Under the pieces are notes generated by a model. That model worked only from the letters and a program-made list of their open reading frames with translations. It did not search any database and had not been told where the DNA came from. From an uncultured bacterium (lineage in GTDB: Bacteria > Bacillota_I > Bacilli_A > RFN20 > CAG-826), in contig CASDRB010000012.1 of the NCBI GenBank assembly GCA_949283025.1, forward strand, positions 197,384 through 261,383: a stretch of 64,000 nucleotides of DNA, given 5' to 3'. Shown in pieces: positions 39,010 through 48,259 of the stretch; position 1 is the stretch's first letter; each line of letters opens with the position of its first letter. The position numbers and the translations under genes were made by a program.

Positions 39010-40110
39010 ATGAAAAAACATTTTTGGAAAGGACTATTTGTTGCTTGTTCATTGCTATTAGCTACCCCGCTAACTGCTTGTTCAACATTTTTTGGTGGCA
39101 GCGAATATCTAATCGACGATGTCACAGCAGTGACAAATGATAATGGTGACACGGTTGTTACTATCACTTTTAGTGATAATACGGTTCCAAACGTCGTATT
39201 TACCATTCCAAAAGGACAAGAAGGAAATGGCATTAAAGATATAAAAAGCGAATATGATGAAAATGGCCAAAGAATTAAAATAACTATTTCTTTTACAGAT
39301 CCAAGTGTAGAAGATTATATATTTTATATTCCTGTCATTAAAGGTGAACAAGGTAATGGTATAAGTGAAGTTAAAGTCGACACATTGGAAAATGGTGATC
39401 AGGTTCTTACTTTTTCTTATTCAGATGGAAGAAATGATACCGTCATCACTATCCCACGCGGACAAGCCGGTAATGGCATTGAATCAATCAACATTGAGCA
39501 AGACGAACAAGGCAATTTAATCGCGACAATTACTTTTACCGACTTGGATATGCCACCAGTCAGTTTTACTATTCCTAAAGGCAATCCAGGAAATGGCATA
39601 ACTATGATTGAAACAAGCGAAACCGATGATAAATATATTCTGACAATTTATTATGATAATGGTCTAACTGATACAATTGAATTTGATAAGCCTACTACTA
39701 ATGAATGGTATTATGGAAATAATGATCCAAGCGATAATATTGGTCGTATCGGAGATTTTTATTTAAATACATATACAGGCGATGTTTTTATCAAAGTTGC
39801 TGATGGAAGCGCTAGTGGCCATTGGAAATTTTATTTAAGACTTGGCAATAACCCCGGCCAAGGAGGCGATAAAGAACAATATATTGTCGCGTTTGATTAT
39901 AATGGTGGCAATCCTATCAACCCAGATGAGCCTCATTCTGTAAAAGTTGATGAAGGAAAATGCATCGATTTACCACTAGCACAAAAAGATGGATTTGAAT
40001 TTATTGGCTGGTACACAGATTTAGTTATCGATGCCAACACAGCACATTTTACTGACGCTACCCCCGTTACTCAAGATTGGACTTTGTACGCTCATTACGA
40101 AGCTTTATAA
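39010..40110 (+). CDS. Lipoprotein with 5 tandem internal repeats of about 39 aa and a C-terminal Listeria-Bacteroides repeat (Flg_new) domain
   Basis: RBS AGGAGG lies before ATG 39010 (the track ORF starts upstream at 38959). Lipobox 'LLATPLTAC'. Repeats with core 'TIPKGQEGNGI / IPVIKGEQGNGI / TIPRGQAGNGI / TIPKGNPGNGI'. C-terminal 'VAFDYNGGNP...KDGFEFIGWYTD' matches the LBR consensus (FdxNGG...P.k.Gy.F.GWY.d). Confidence 0.55.
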   Translation: MKKHFWKGLFVACSLLLATPLTACSTFFGGSEYLIDDVTAVTNDNGDTVVTITFSDNTVPNVVFTIPKGQEGNGIKDIKSEYDENGQRIKITISFTDPSVEDYIFYIPVIKGEQGNGISEVKVDTLENGDQVLTFSYSDGRNDTVITIPRGQAGNGIESINIEQDEQGNLIATITFTDLDMPPVSFTIPKGNPGNGITMIETSETDDKYILTIYYDNGLTDTIEFDKPTTNEWYYGNNDPSDNIGRIGDFYLNTYTGDVFIKVADGSASGHWKFYLRLGNNPGQGGDKEQYIVAFDYNGGNPINPDEPHSVKVDEGKCIDLPLAQKDGFEFIGWYTDLVIDANTAHFTDATPVTQDWTLYAHYEAL

Positions 40111-40141
40111 ATTTTATATATATATTAATAAATAAACAAAA

Positions 40142-40176
40142 ACACGAAGCGTCCCGAATCGCTTCGTGTTTTATTA
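40142..40176. terminator. Strong bidirectional rho-independent terminator between convergent transcription units
   Basis: 10-bp stem acacgaagcg / cgcttcgtgt with an 8-nt loop, flanked by an A-run upstream and ttttatt downstream. Confidence 0.65.
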
Positions 40177-40201
40177 ACAAAATGTCAATAAATAACTATA
40201 A

Positions 40202-40348
40202 CTAATCTTCTATTAAGACAAAGTCGCTAGCTGGATGTCCACAAATTGGGCAAACAAAATCATCTGGTAATTCTTCTCCTTCATAGATGAATCCACATAT
40301 TTTGCATTGCCATTTTTTGTTAGTTTTAACTTCTTTTTTGTTTTCCAT
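40202..40348 (-). CDS. rub: Rubredoxin (48 aa, below the ORF-track size cut-off)
   Basis: The reverse-strand translation is MENKKEVKTNKKWQCKICGFIYEGEELPDDFVCPICGHPASDFVLIED, carrying the two canonical CxxCG rubredoxin knuckles. An RBS-like AGGAGAAAAAA lies upstream. Confidence 0.8.
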   Translation of the reverse strand: MENKKEVKTNKKWQCKICGFIYEGEELPDDFVCPICGHPASDFVLIED

Positions 40349-40417
40349 GTTTTTTCTCCTTTATATGGAATGCCATTAGTGTATGCTATTTAAAATTAAA
40401 TTAAAAGAAATATGCAC

Positions 40418-41590
40418 TTAATTATTAATAGCGTCATTTATAGCAAGACAAGTTAGCAGGCACCACTTCATATTATATCCACCACAAAGACCATCTATAT
40501 TTAATATTTCGCCTGCAAAAAACACATTTTTTTCATGTTTTGAGATGAATTGATCATCAACTTCATCTAAAGACACGCCACCAATAGAAACTTGTGAATC
40601 TTTAAAATCATATAAACTATCGAATGTGAATTTTAAATCATTTAAAGAACTGCACAACTTGACAATATCATTATTTGTTAAGTTAATTTTTGGTTTTATG
40701 TTATTTATTTTATAAATGTAGTCCGCTATTGGTTGGCCAACATAACAAAGCAAGGGATTATCCACTACTTTGTTAATATCAATTAATTCTTGTAGATCAA
40801 CACTAGGCAACAATGATAGATGAAAAGAAACATCTTTTTTATAATTGTTTCTAGCAATTATAGAAGCAATATCCATCATTACGATGCCAGATAAACCATC
40901 CTTTTTAAAATTAATCTCGCCCTGTTCTTGATAAACACACTTTCCATCAACTATCAACTTGACATTAGCCTTCATTCTTTGGCCAAATAAAGATTTAATA
41001 TTTTCTTTGACTTTGATTGGGCATAACCCAGCTTTAAAATCATAAAATTTATAACCATGTTGTTTTATCACGTCGATAAAATTGCCATCGCTACCTAGAT
41101 TAGGGGAAGATTTCCCACCTACTGCTATAATTAATTTATCAACTGCATAAACTCCTTTATTAGTTAATATAGTAATATTTTTATCATTGATTTTATAATC
41201 CAAAACACCCGTTTCTAAATGAATGATTACTTTATTTAAAAATAGTTGTTGTTTTAATATTTCTACAACATTATTTGCAGATTCACTAATCGGATATAAT
41301 CCTTCCTTATTCAATATTTTAGTTGGTATGCCTAAATCATTTAATGTTTGAATTTGAATATTTAAAGGATATTTTTTGATTAATTTTTCAACGATTAAAG
41401 GATTATTAAATTTATCAGGATTATCATCAATGGTATTAATGTTGCATTTGCCATTTCCAGTCGCTTTAGTTTTTTTAGCAATTTGATCATTTTTTTCAAA
41501 GATTAAAACATCGTTATTTTTATTTTTTTGTTTAATTAATAACGCTAATAAAACGCTTGAGTAGCCACCACCAATGATTCCGATTTTCAT
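40418..41590 (-). CDS. HI0933/BaiN-family FAD-dependent flavoprotein (NAD(FAD)-utilizing dehydrogenase)
   Basis: 390 aa. 'KIGIIGGGYSSVLLA' FAD-binding N-terminus and 'ATGNGKCNI' (the TGxGRCN motif of the HI0933 family). Confidence 0.6.
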   Translation of the reverse strand: MKIGIIGGGYSSVLLALLIKQKNKNNDVLIFEKNDQIAKKTKATGNGKCNINTIDDNPDKFNNPLIVEKLIKKYPLNIQIQTLNDLGIPTKILNKEGLYPISESANNVVEILKQQLFLNKVIIHLETGVLDYKINDKNITILTNKGVYAVDKLIIAVGGKSSPNLGSDGNFIDVIKQHGYKFYDFKAGLCPIKVKENIKSLFGQRMKANVKLIVDGKCVYQEQGEINFKKDGLSGIVMMDIASIIARNNYKKDVSFHLSLLPSVDLQELIDINKVVDNPLLCYVGQPIADYIYKINNIKPKINLTNNDIVKLCSSLNDLKFTFDSLYDFKDSQVSIGGVSLDEVDDQFISKHEKNVFFAGEILNIDGLCGGYNMKWCLLTCLAINDAINN

Positions 41591-41605
41591 ATTTAAAATT
41601 ACTTT

Positions 41606-43882
41606 TTAATCTATATTTGCATACAAAGTTTTTGATGTTTCACAAAGAAGATCGCTTGCCTCTAAATATCCACCAATCCAAACAAAAAGCCAAGTTCCCT
41701 TATATATGCTTGTCGTAACTATTGTATAGTCATAGTTTTTATAGTTGCTGGCGCTAATTGAAAGGAGCCCATCATACAAATATATATTTTCTACACATGC
41801 AGTGCCACTTCCTTTTTCGTATCTATATTTGTAATAAAATCCTTTGCGTATTATAACACTTAATGCACTACCATTCCCCATAGTTGCTAACAACTGATAA
41901 TTCCCACCGCTTGTTTCTGATTCGTACACATATTTTGTTGATCCGCCATTTCCAGAATTTCCTGCACTTAGGAACCTCATTTCAATTCCTTCACCTGGTT
42001 CGATAGTGACATCTATGTTTCCTAACATAATATACATTTGATTGCTAGCAAAAGTATAATTCGAACCTTCTTGCATTGAAAAGTAAGTTCTTTCGGCTCT
42101 TGATGATGATTCGATTTTTATTTGTTGACCAATTTCAATCATAAACTCTTTAGATATACTTTCTAAACCATTTTCTGTGGTTAATAATACTTCGTTGTTG
42201 CCACTGGAGTCATAAGACCAGACTCTATATCCAACAGTAGGATGTTCATAATTAAATTTATTATCGATAATAATTCTTAATATATATGATGATAAGTATC
42301 CATTGGCCCAACATTTTAATCCATTAGAATTTGAATAAATGGTTTCGCCTGCTTTTAATAAGTAATTTTGATATTCATTTAATGTTGAATTAAAAAACGG
42401 TCCCGATGCACTAATGTTCACATTTACATTCGTGGTTCCTTCATTGGATGAAACTCTTAAATTACTTTGTTTTATATTAGTTAGATCAATTTTAGCACTT
42501 CCATCTAAATTCTCAGTTGTGACATAGCCACCAAATGATCCAGAACTAGAAACTATTATCGTTCCATTATTAATTAATTTTGCATCACCTCTATCAATAG
42601 GATAAGATGTGATTCCATTAGTTGAATCTGTTTCATAAATAATAAATTTATTTAAAATGTTAGCTGTAGAACTATTTGAAATTGTCAAAGAAGATCCGCC
42701 CATAAATTTCACCTGATAATTGAAATTGAATTCAGTGTTGCCTTCTAATCTAATATCTAATTTGTATGAAATTGGTAAAAAATAATATGAAGTATTAATT
42801 TCTGCTAATTCTAGGTCAAAATACAAATATCCCATATTAACGAGTCCGTTTATAGCAATATAAGTTTTTGAATTATCGGCATTCGTATAATCAGGATTAA
42901 TTGGACAGTATTCAAAAGAAATACTCCCAGATTCAAGAAAAAATAAAGGTTTCGAACCACTTTCATTAACTTTTTGCTGGCTTGAAATGATACAGCCAGT
43001 AACATCAACTGGTCTTGACATAATAGATGTGGATAGGTATGCTCTACATTGAACATCAAATACACCTCCAGATTCTATTTGCAAATATGTTTGAGTGTTA
43101 TAAAAATCAAAAACATTTACAGGACAAACATTATTGTTAATCAATTCATTAATAGCACTTATGCCAGGCATATCGTAAATACCAATTGGTGTTCTTAGAT
43201 AACCAGTAGATGTAATTTTTAAATATCTATTTGAATCGAATTCGTTAGAATAACTAGGATTTTCTACATTATCGACATTTTTATTATTTATTTCTTTTAT
43301 ATATCCATAATTATATAGCGAACCATTTACAGTAATTGAAGAATTTTCATCTAGTGATACTTCAGCATAATAACTGCAAATTCCTTTTGTTCTAAATTGA
43401 CCGCCAATATACATATATCCATTTACAATCAAATTAGTATTTATTAATTTTAATTGACTTCTTCTATATGTGTTTACACCAGCCGAACTAGTATCAATAA
43501 ATAAATCTTTCAAAGAAGCGACGTCGGTATTATTCCAATTTTTGAGTTCATCATAAGGTAAATATAAACTTGTATTGTCTCCAACAATTAACGTCTTATT
43601 TTCTTCAGTAAGAAAACTTCCAGAAAGTAAATAAACATCAACATTTTGAGAAGATTGTGAAGCAGAGATTAAAGCGCTCTCCAAGTTTGCAAATCTTGCA
43701 TATGGAGAACTAGTGCCTTGATAATAATTTTCAACAATAGCTTTTGAATTTTTATCAATTATCGCAGGAGCAGTTTCTTCATTATTATTTTTAGAATCAT
43801 ATTGAACAATTAAAAAAGAAGATAAACTTATTGAAAATATGCCACCAAATAAAATTAAAGAAGATAGTACACTTTTTTTCAT
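41606..43882 (-). CDS. Large secreted/surface protein (758 aa). The N-terminus resembles a SipW-cognate signal. Paired with the small paralog upstream.
   Basis: 'MKKSVLSSLILFGGIFSISLSSFLIVQYDSKNNN'. Asn/Ser/Thr/Tyr-rich beta-type composition. Separated by 2 nt from the upstream 206-aa gene. Confidence 0.4.
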   Translation of the reverse strand: MKKSVLSSLILFGGIFSISLSSFLIVQYDSKNNNEETAPAIIDKNSKAIVENYYQGTSSPYARFANLESALISASQSSQNVDVYLLSGSFLTEENKTLIVGDNTSLYLPYDELKNWNNTDVASLKDLFIDTSSAGVNTYRRSQLKLINTNLIVNGYMYIGGQFRTKGICSYYAEVSLDENSSITVNGSLYNYGYIKEINNKNVDNVENPSYSNEFDSNRYLKITSTGYLRTPIGIYDMPGISAINELINNNVCPVNVFDFYNTQTYLQIESGGVFDVQCRAYLSTSIMSRPVDVTGCIISSQQKVNESGSKPLFFLESGSISFEYCPINPDYTNADNSKTYIAINGLVNMGYLYFDLELAEINTSYYFLPISYKLDIRLEGNTEFNFNYQVKFMGGSSLTISNSSTANILNKFIIYETDSTNGITSYPIDRGDAKLINNGTIIVSSSGSFGGYVTTENLDGSAKIDLTNIKQSNLRVSSNEGTTNVNVNISASGPFFNSTLNEYQNYLLKAGETIYSNSNGLKCWANGYLSSYILRIIIDNKFNYEHPTVGYRVWSYDSSGNNEVLLTTENGLESISKEFMIEIGQQIKIESSSRAERTYFSMQEGSNYTFASNQMYIMLGNIDVTIEPGEGIEMRFLSAGNSGNGGSTKYVYESETSGGNYQLLATMGNGSALSVIIRKGFYYKYRYEKGSGTACVENIYLYDGLLSISASNYKNYDYTIVTTSIYKGTWLFVWIGGYLEASDLLCETSKTLYANID

Positions 43883-43884
43883 AA

Positions 43885-44505
43885 TTAACCTAAATTTACA
43901 GCTGTTATTTTCAAATCAAAATGTGAAATTTCACTATTATTGGCAGCAGAAGAAAAACTATTGTAAATTTGTGAAAAAGAAGTATGGTCAAGAATAGTAA
44001 AAGTGAAACCTACTTCAATATTTGTAACATTTTCCGTAGATAATTCAATTGCTATTTCATCACTAAACAAATAATAATTTGAGACAGTCAAATTATGCAC
44101 ATTATTTTTATTTATTTCTAAAGTATGTGAAAAGTATTCATTAATAAATTTTCCATTTATTTCAGCTAGATTAAAAGTTAATTTGATAGAATTATTCAAA
44201 ACATAATTTGTGCTTTCAGCCACCTGTCTATTAATATCAATATAATAAATTAATCTACCAGTATCAGTAATTTGTCCATCTTCAATAAAACCATCTTGGC
44301 AAATTGTAAAAGTTTTAAATCCTAGAGGATGACTATCGTTTTTATTAAGTGTTATAAATGAATGAACTCCAGCAAAATTAAAACTATTATCCTTAATTTC
44401 TCCAGAAAAACTATCTCCAGTAACTGAGAATGAGGAAAATCCTAATGAAAAAAGGCAAATGGGCATAATAACACTAAATATAGATAATAATGATTTTCTT
44501 TTCAT
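43885..44505 (-). CDS. Secreted protein with SipW-cognate signal peptide. Paralog 3 of 5.
   Basis: 206 aa. 'LLSIFSVIMPICLFSLGFSSFSVTGDSF'. Confidence 0.45.
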   Translation of the reverse strand: MKRKSLLSIFSVIMPICLFSLGFSSFSVTGDSFSGEIKDNSFNFAGVHSFITLNKNDSHPLGFKTFTICQDGFIEDGQITDTGRLIYYIDINRQVAESTNYVLNNSIKLTFNLAEINGKFINEYFSHTLEINKNNVHNLTVSNYYLFSDEIAIELSTENVTNIEVGFTFTILDHTSFSQIYNSFSSAANNSEISHFDLKITAVNLG

Positions 44506-44607
44506 AAGTTTATGTTACATTTTGTGCATTTATATGTCAATTTTCAACTTTGATATATTAAATTGATTAATACTATAAACAAATAATTAACAATAATATT
44601 ATAAATA

Positions 44608-45405
44608 TTACCCTTGATATGTAGTCCATGTTCCACTGACGCCTGGGTCTCCCCATATAGCGCTTGAATCAACAATTGAATACATGTTATTAGTGCCCAT
44701 ATCTGCAATAGATAAATCAACAGTCTTAGCGTCCAAATAAGCAAGTTCACCATCACCATTAACTCTAACAAAGATAAGACTATCGTATTTTGCAATATCT
44801 AACTCAAATGACCAATAATTAAATTTGCCTGTTTCATCATATTTAATATGTGTCATTCTTTCGCCCGGCCATTCTGCGTTTTTAACATCGTCTTGAGAAT
44901 TCCAAGCATAGACTGCTGTTCCAGCAGCAGTTTCATTCCACCAAGAAGCGTCTTGGAAATAAATAGTAGTCAACTCTGGATCTGGATCAGGTTCTGGATC
45001 TGGAGTGACATTTCCACCATCACCAACATAAGTGAAAAATGCATATAAAATTAATCCGCTTTGTTCTGGAACTTTAGTATAAATAGTGGGTTTGCCATCA
45101 CCTTCATAAGCAATCCATGATGTAAATTCAACATCTTTTACACTTGATGTAATTTCATTTTTATTTGGCAAATCAGTTTTAGCGTCACCATAAAACGGAA
45201 TGCAATTTTCTAAATGTAATTCTTCGATATTTTGACCTTTTTGATTGTTATAAAGACCATTTTTAGTAAGTACTAAATATGTGACAAATTCATTGGAAGC
45301 ATTTTCGACTTGATTAACTTGTTCATTGATAATTTGTTTATTCGAACATGCACCAAGAAGAAACAAAGGAACGATCAATAATATTTTTTTAATAATGTTT
45401 TTCAT
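44608..45405 (-). CDS. Lipoprotein with a C-terminal aromatic-rich putative carbohydrate (starch) binding module
   Basis: 265 aa. Lipobox 'LFLLGACSNKQ'. The Trp/Tyr-rich C-terminal domain ('IYFQDASWWNETAAGTAVYAWN...YWSFELD') resembles CBM25/26-type modules. Sits immediately downstream of the amylase gene. Confidence 0.4.
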   Translation of the reverse strand: MKNIIKKILLIVPLFLLGACSNKQIINEQVNQVENASNEFVTYLVLTKNGLYNNQKGQNIEELHLENCIPFYGDAKTDLPNKNEITSSVKDVEFTSWIAYEGDGKPTIYTKVPEQSGLILYAFFTYVGDGGNVTPDPEPDPDPELTTIYFQDASWWNETAAGTAVYAWNSQDDVKNAEWPGERMTHIKYDETGKFNYWSFELDIAKYDSLIFVRVNGDGELAYLDAKTVDLSIADMGTNNMYSIVDSSAIWGDPGVSGTWTTYQG

Positions 45406-45416
45406 ATTTGTTCCTC

Positions 45417-47858
45417 CTATTTAGCAACAATGACACCATAAGGCGGCAATGTTCCATTATCTGAAGCTCCATTTAAAGCATAAATATCAGTTTTACCACT
45501 GACATTGACATTAACACTTATGTTAGATTTACCTGTGTTGATATAAATATAAAACGTTCCATTATCTGAAGCCACAACAAAATGATAGATATCATTGTTA
45601 CCTTCATACGAATATGCATCATATTTAGCATTAGAACCATACATCTTTTTAATTTCAATTAATTGCTTATAATAATCTAACATGTCACCGTCATTATCAG
45701 ATTCACTTTGTTGAGCGGCAGATTTTAAAGTTTTATTATAAGAATCCCATTCAACTTTATAAGAGCCAAAAGTATAATCGACAGTTGTTTCGTCTCCCCA
45801 ATTAAATGGTTGACGATACCATAAATCTTCATTGTTTTCATTTCCGTATTTATTAATATGTTGGTCGGTATTAGAAGACATGCCTAATTCATCACCATAA
45901 TAAATCCAAGAAATGCCCGGGGTCAAAATAGTTGAAGCTGCTCCAACTCTAGCTTGGCCAACTTGCAAAGCGGTTCCAGTTATATGGTCGGTATTCGACA
46001 TTTGATTAATCAATCTCATTGTATCGTGATTAGAAGTGAAAGCGGAGTTGATAAAATCGCTTCGCTTGCCACCTTCTACCCTAACGCCAGTATCACCTAA
46101 AGTGGCGTTGCTATTAGAAGCAAATCGATCGTAAGTTTCTCCAGCATGATTTTGAGCCATATAGACAGCTCCTTTATCATATAACCATTCGCGGTTGTGA
46201 TAATATAAAGCAAAGTCAAATTGGCTATCAAGAGCTTGATAATATGGAGCGATTCTTGTTCCCCATCCATCAAAGTTTTCACCAACTAAAAAACAATCTG
46301 GGAAAATATATTTAATTCGATTGGCAAATTCTTTCCAAAAATTGACATTTTTAGTCAAATCGCTCGAATAATCAAATGAGGTGGTAACTTCCTCCATTTT
46401 TTCTTCATCGTAATATGTTTTTTCACCATAATCTTCAATAATTATGTCATTGCCTGTGGATTCAACTTCATCTTTCATATAGATATGTTTGACGGCATCT
46501 AGTCTAAATCCATCTAAACCAAATCCCATCCAATATAAAGCCATATTGATAATTAAATCGCGAGTGGCTTGACAATCATAATTTAATTCCGCCATATTGG
46601 AGCCAAATTTGCCGTAGTAATAATAATTTGATTCACCATCTTTATACCAATCTGGGTGATTTTCAACATTGATTAATTTATATGAACCATTTTCATAATA
46701 TTGGACCTTGTCGCCTTTAAATTTCCAATGGTACATATTTCGATAATCAATTTCATTTCCAAATTCGTCGACACCTTTTTCAGCGCGTTGTGATTTTTTA
46801 AACCACACATTATTTTTAGAAGTGTGATTAATAACTAAGTCCATCAAAACTTTCATTCCTTTTTGATGAGCTTTATAAATTAATTCGCGATAGTCTTCAA
46901 TCGTGCCAAACTTAGAATCAACCGCATAAAAATCAGTTATATCATATCCATGGTATGACTCAGAGGCTTGAATTGGTGTCAACCATAAAACTTGAACCCC
47001 TAATTCAGCTAAATAATCTAAAGAATTAATAACGCCTCTTAAATCTCCCATTCCGTCGCCGTCACTATCTTTAAATGAGGCGACAAATATTTGATATCCA
47101 ACTCCTAAAGAAGAAAAGGATTGGGATGTTTTTGAAACACCGTAGTTTGAAGATGACGAATCGACATCATATTGACTACGATAATTACCTGTATCATCAT
47201 TGACAACTGGGTTTTCAATAATATCGTCGCTATATTGGAAAGTAAACCCACCGACATTACCTTGAACACAATAAATATGCACATAGCCTTTTTCGGCTAA
47301 ATGTTTATCAAAATCTTGAATGTAAGTATTGGCTCCACCATCACTAGTCCAATGCGAACCACCATCCATAGAGTTTTGATTAATTATTAAAAATCCTAAA
47401 CGTGTAGCATTAATTAAACTGACAGAAGTTCCGGTTTTTCCGCCTTTTAAATCAGTTCTTGTCATGTCTATATCCATGACGCGCCCACTTTGATCAATAT
47501 TTGCACCGCTGCCACCAATGTCGCTCATCCACGATGTCGACATTTCATAAAAAATATTTTGAACTGAGGGATTAGATGCTCCCCAAAGAGTTCCTTCAGA
47601 ATCAATCGGAGCATTTTGCCAAAGCCAAATCGCCCAATCATTATATTCGTTAGCGCTTGCTTTTGGTCTTAAATAATGAATGTAGAGATGCCCTTGTTCA
47701 GACCAAGATTCAACCCAATCATCATAATTACCTTGAATAGACGTAGTTACATCGCTTTCCGAAGTTTGACTTGATGGCAAACTTGAAGTAGTAGGATTGC
47801 AAGACGATAAAATCAAAGAAGCTAATAAAACCCCTATTTTTAAAACATTATTTTTCAT
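45417..47858 (-). CDS. GH13 alpha-amylase-family lipoprotein (amylase/neopullulanase-like, with N-terminal accessory domain)
   Basis: 813 aa. Lipobox 'LILSSCNPTT'. GH13 region I 'LMDLVINHTS', region II 'GFRLDAVKHI', region III 'FLVGENFD', region IV 'FTSNHDTMR'. Confidence 0.8.
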   Translation of the reverse strand: MKNNVLKIGVLLASLILSSCNPTTSSLPSSQTSESDVTTSIQGNYDDWVESWSEQGHLYIHYLRPKASANEYNDWAIWLWQNAPIDSEGTLWGASNPSVQNIFYEMSTSWMSDIGGSGANIDQSGRVMDIDMTRTDLKGGKTGTSVSLINATRLGFLIINQNSMDGGSHWTSDGGANTYIQDFDKHLAEKGYVHIYCVQGNVGGFTFQYSDDIIENPVVNDDTGNYRSQYDVDSSSSNYGVSKTSQSFSSLGVGYQIFVASFKDSDGDGMGDLRGVINSLDYLAELGVQVLWLTPIQASESYHGYDITDFYAVDSKFGTIEDYRELIYKAHQKGMKVLMDLVINHTSKNNVWFKKSQRAEKGVDEFGNEIDYRNMYHWKFKGDKVQYYENGSYKLINVENHPDWYKDGESNYYYYGKFGSNMAELNYDCQATRDLIINMALYWMGFGLDGFRLDAVKHIYMKDEVESTGNDIIIEDYGEKTYYDEEKMEEVTTSFDYSSDLTKNVNFWKEFANRIKYIFPDCFLVGENFDGWGTRIAPYYQALDSQFDFALYYHNREWLYDKGAVYMAQNHAGETYDRFASNSNATLGDTGVRVEGGKRSDFINSAFTSNHDTMRLINQMSNTDHITGTALQVGQARVGAASTILTPGISWIYYGDELGMSSNTDQHINKYGNENNEDLWYRQPFNWGDETTVDYTFGSYKVEWDSYNKTLKSAAQQSESDNDGDMLDYYKQLIEIKKMYGSNAKYDAYSYEGNNDIYHFVVASDNGTFYIYINTGKSNISVNVNVSGKTDIYALNGASDNGTLPPYGVIVAK

Positions 47859-47873
47859 AAATTACCTCTTAAT

Positions 47874-48248
47874 CTAAGCATCCCAAATCGCATACAACTC
47901 AAAAGGCGTCTCGGGAGTTGCGGTTTGAGGAATAACATCATTTTCAAAGTCCCATAAATCGTTTTTGTCTAAAACAAATTTTAATGTAGACCAGCCAATA
48001 AAGGTAGTAAACGAAGGATCTGGGGATTCGACTTCAGTTGGATATTTAGTAATCTTTTCACCTGCATACGCAAAGGTGGTATAAATCGGCAAGGTCTCCT
48101 CACTGATAGCACCAAAATTATAAAAATTAATCGTGATTGCATTAGGATCATCAAAAGATGTAGAAGTTGTTGAAGAAGATGAATTACTTGTTGGCTTGCA
48201 ACCAACTAAAGCTATAACTGCTAATAACAAACATGCTGCTTTTTTCAT
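47874..48248 (-). CDS. Small lipoprotein with a Listeria-Bacteroides-repeat-like domain
   Basis: 124 aa. Lipobox 'ALVGCKPTS'. '...FYNFGAISEE...YPTEVESPDPSFTTFIGWS' is LBR-like. Confidence 0.4.
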   Translation of the reverse strand: MKKAACLLLAVIALVGCKPTSNSSSSTTSTSFDDPNAITINFYNFGAISEETLPIYTTFAYAGEKITKYPTEVESPDPSFTTFIGWSTLKFVLDKNDLWDFENDVIPQTATPETPFELYAIWDA

Positions 48249-48259
48249 TTTGTTTTCTC

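Noticed and set aside
38959-39599. Track start 38959 of the repeat lipoprotein, and antisense ORFs 38985-39233, 39109-39351 and 39417-39599
   Set aside because: The true start is ATG 39010, preceded by AGGAGG and right after the stop of the upstream gene. The extended N-terminus has no RBS and overlaps the previous CDS. The antisense ORFs mirror the internal protein repeats (MPFP...GIV... recurring) and are shadow ORFs.
39100-39700. Tandemly periodic DNA (about 115-nt period) that could be mistaken for a repeat array or CRISPR
   Set aside because: The periodicity is in-frame within a CDS and diverged at the nucleotide level. There are no short identical direct repeats with unique spacers, and no cas genes in the window.
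28354-40110. Interpreting the small secreted paralogs plus ABC transporter as a bacteriocin/lantibiotic-immunity locus
   Set aside because: The small proteins are 200-260 aa with typical beta-rich secreted-protein composition, not short Cys/Gly-rich precursors. There is no modification enzyme or peptidase-containing ABC exporter. The linked SipW-type peptidase fits a fibre-subunit interpretation better.
44544-44795. 83-aa minus-strand ORF overlapping the 3' end of the CBM-lipoprotein gene in another frame
   Set aside because: It is entirely contained in the alternative frame of a well-supported CDS plus AT-rich intergenic sequence, with Leu/Ile-rich low-complexity content and no RBS.
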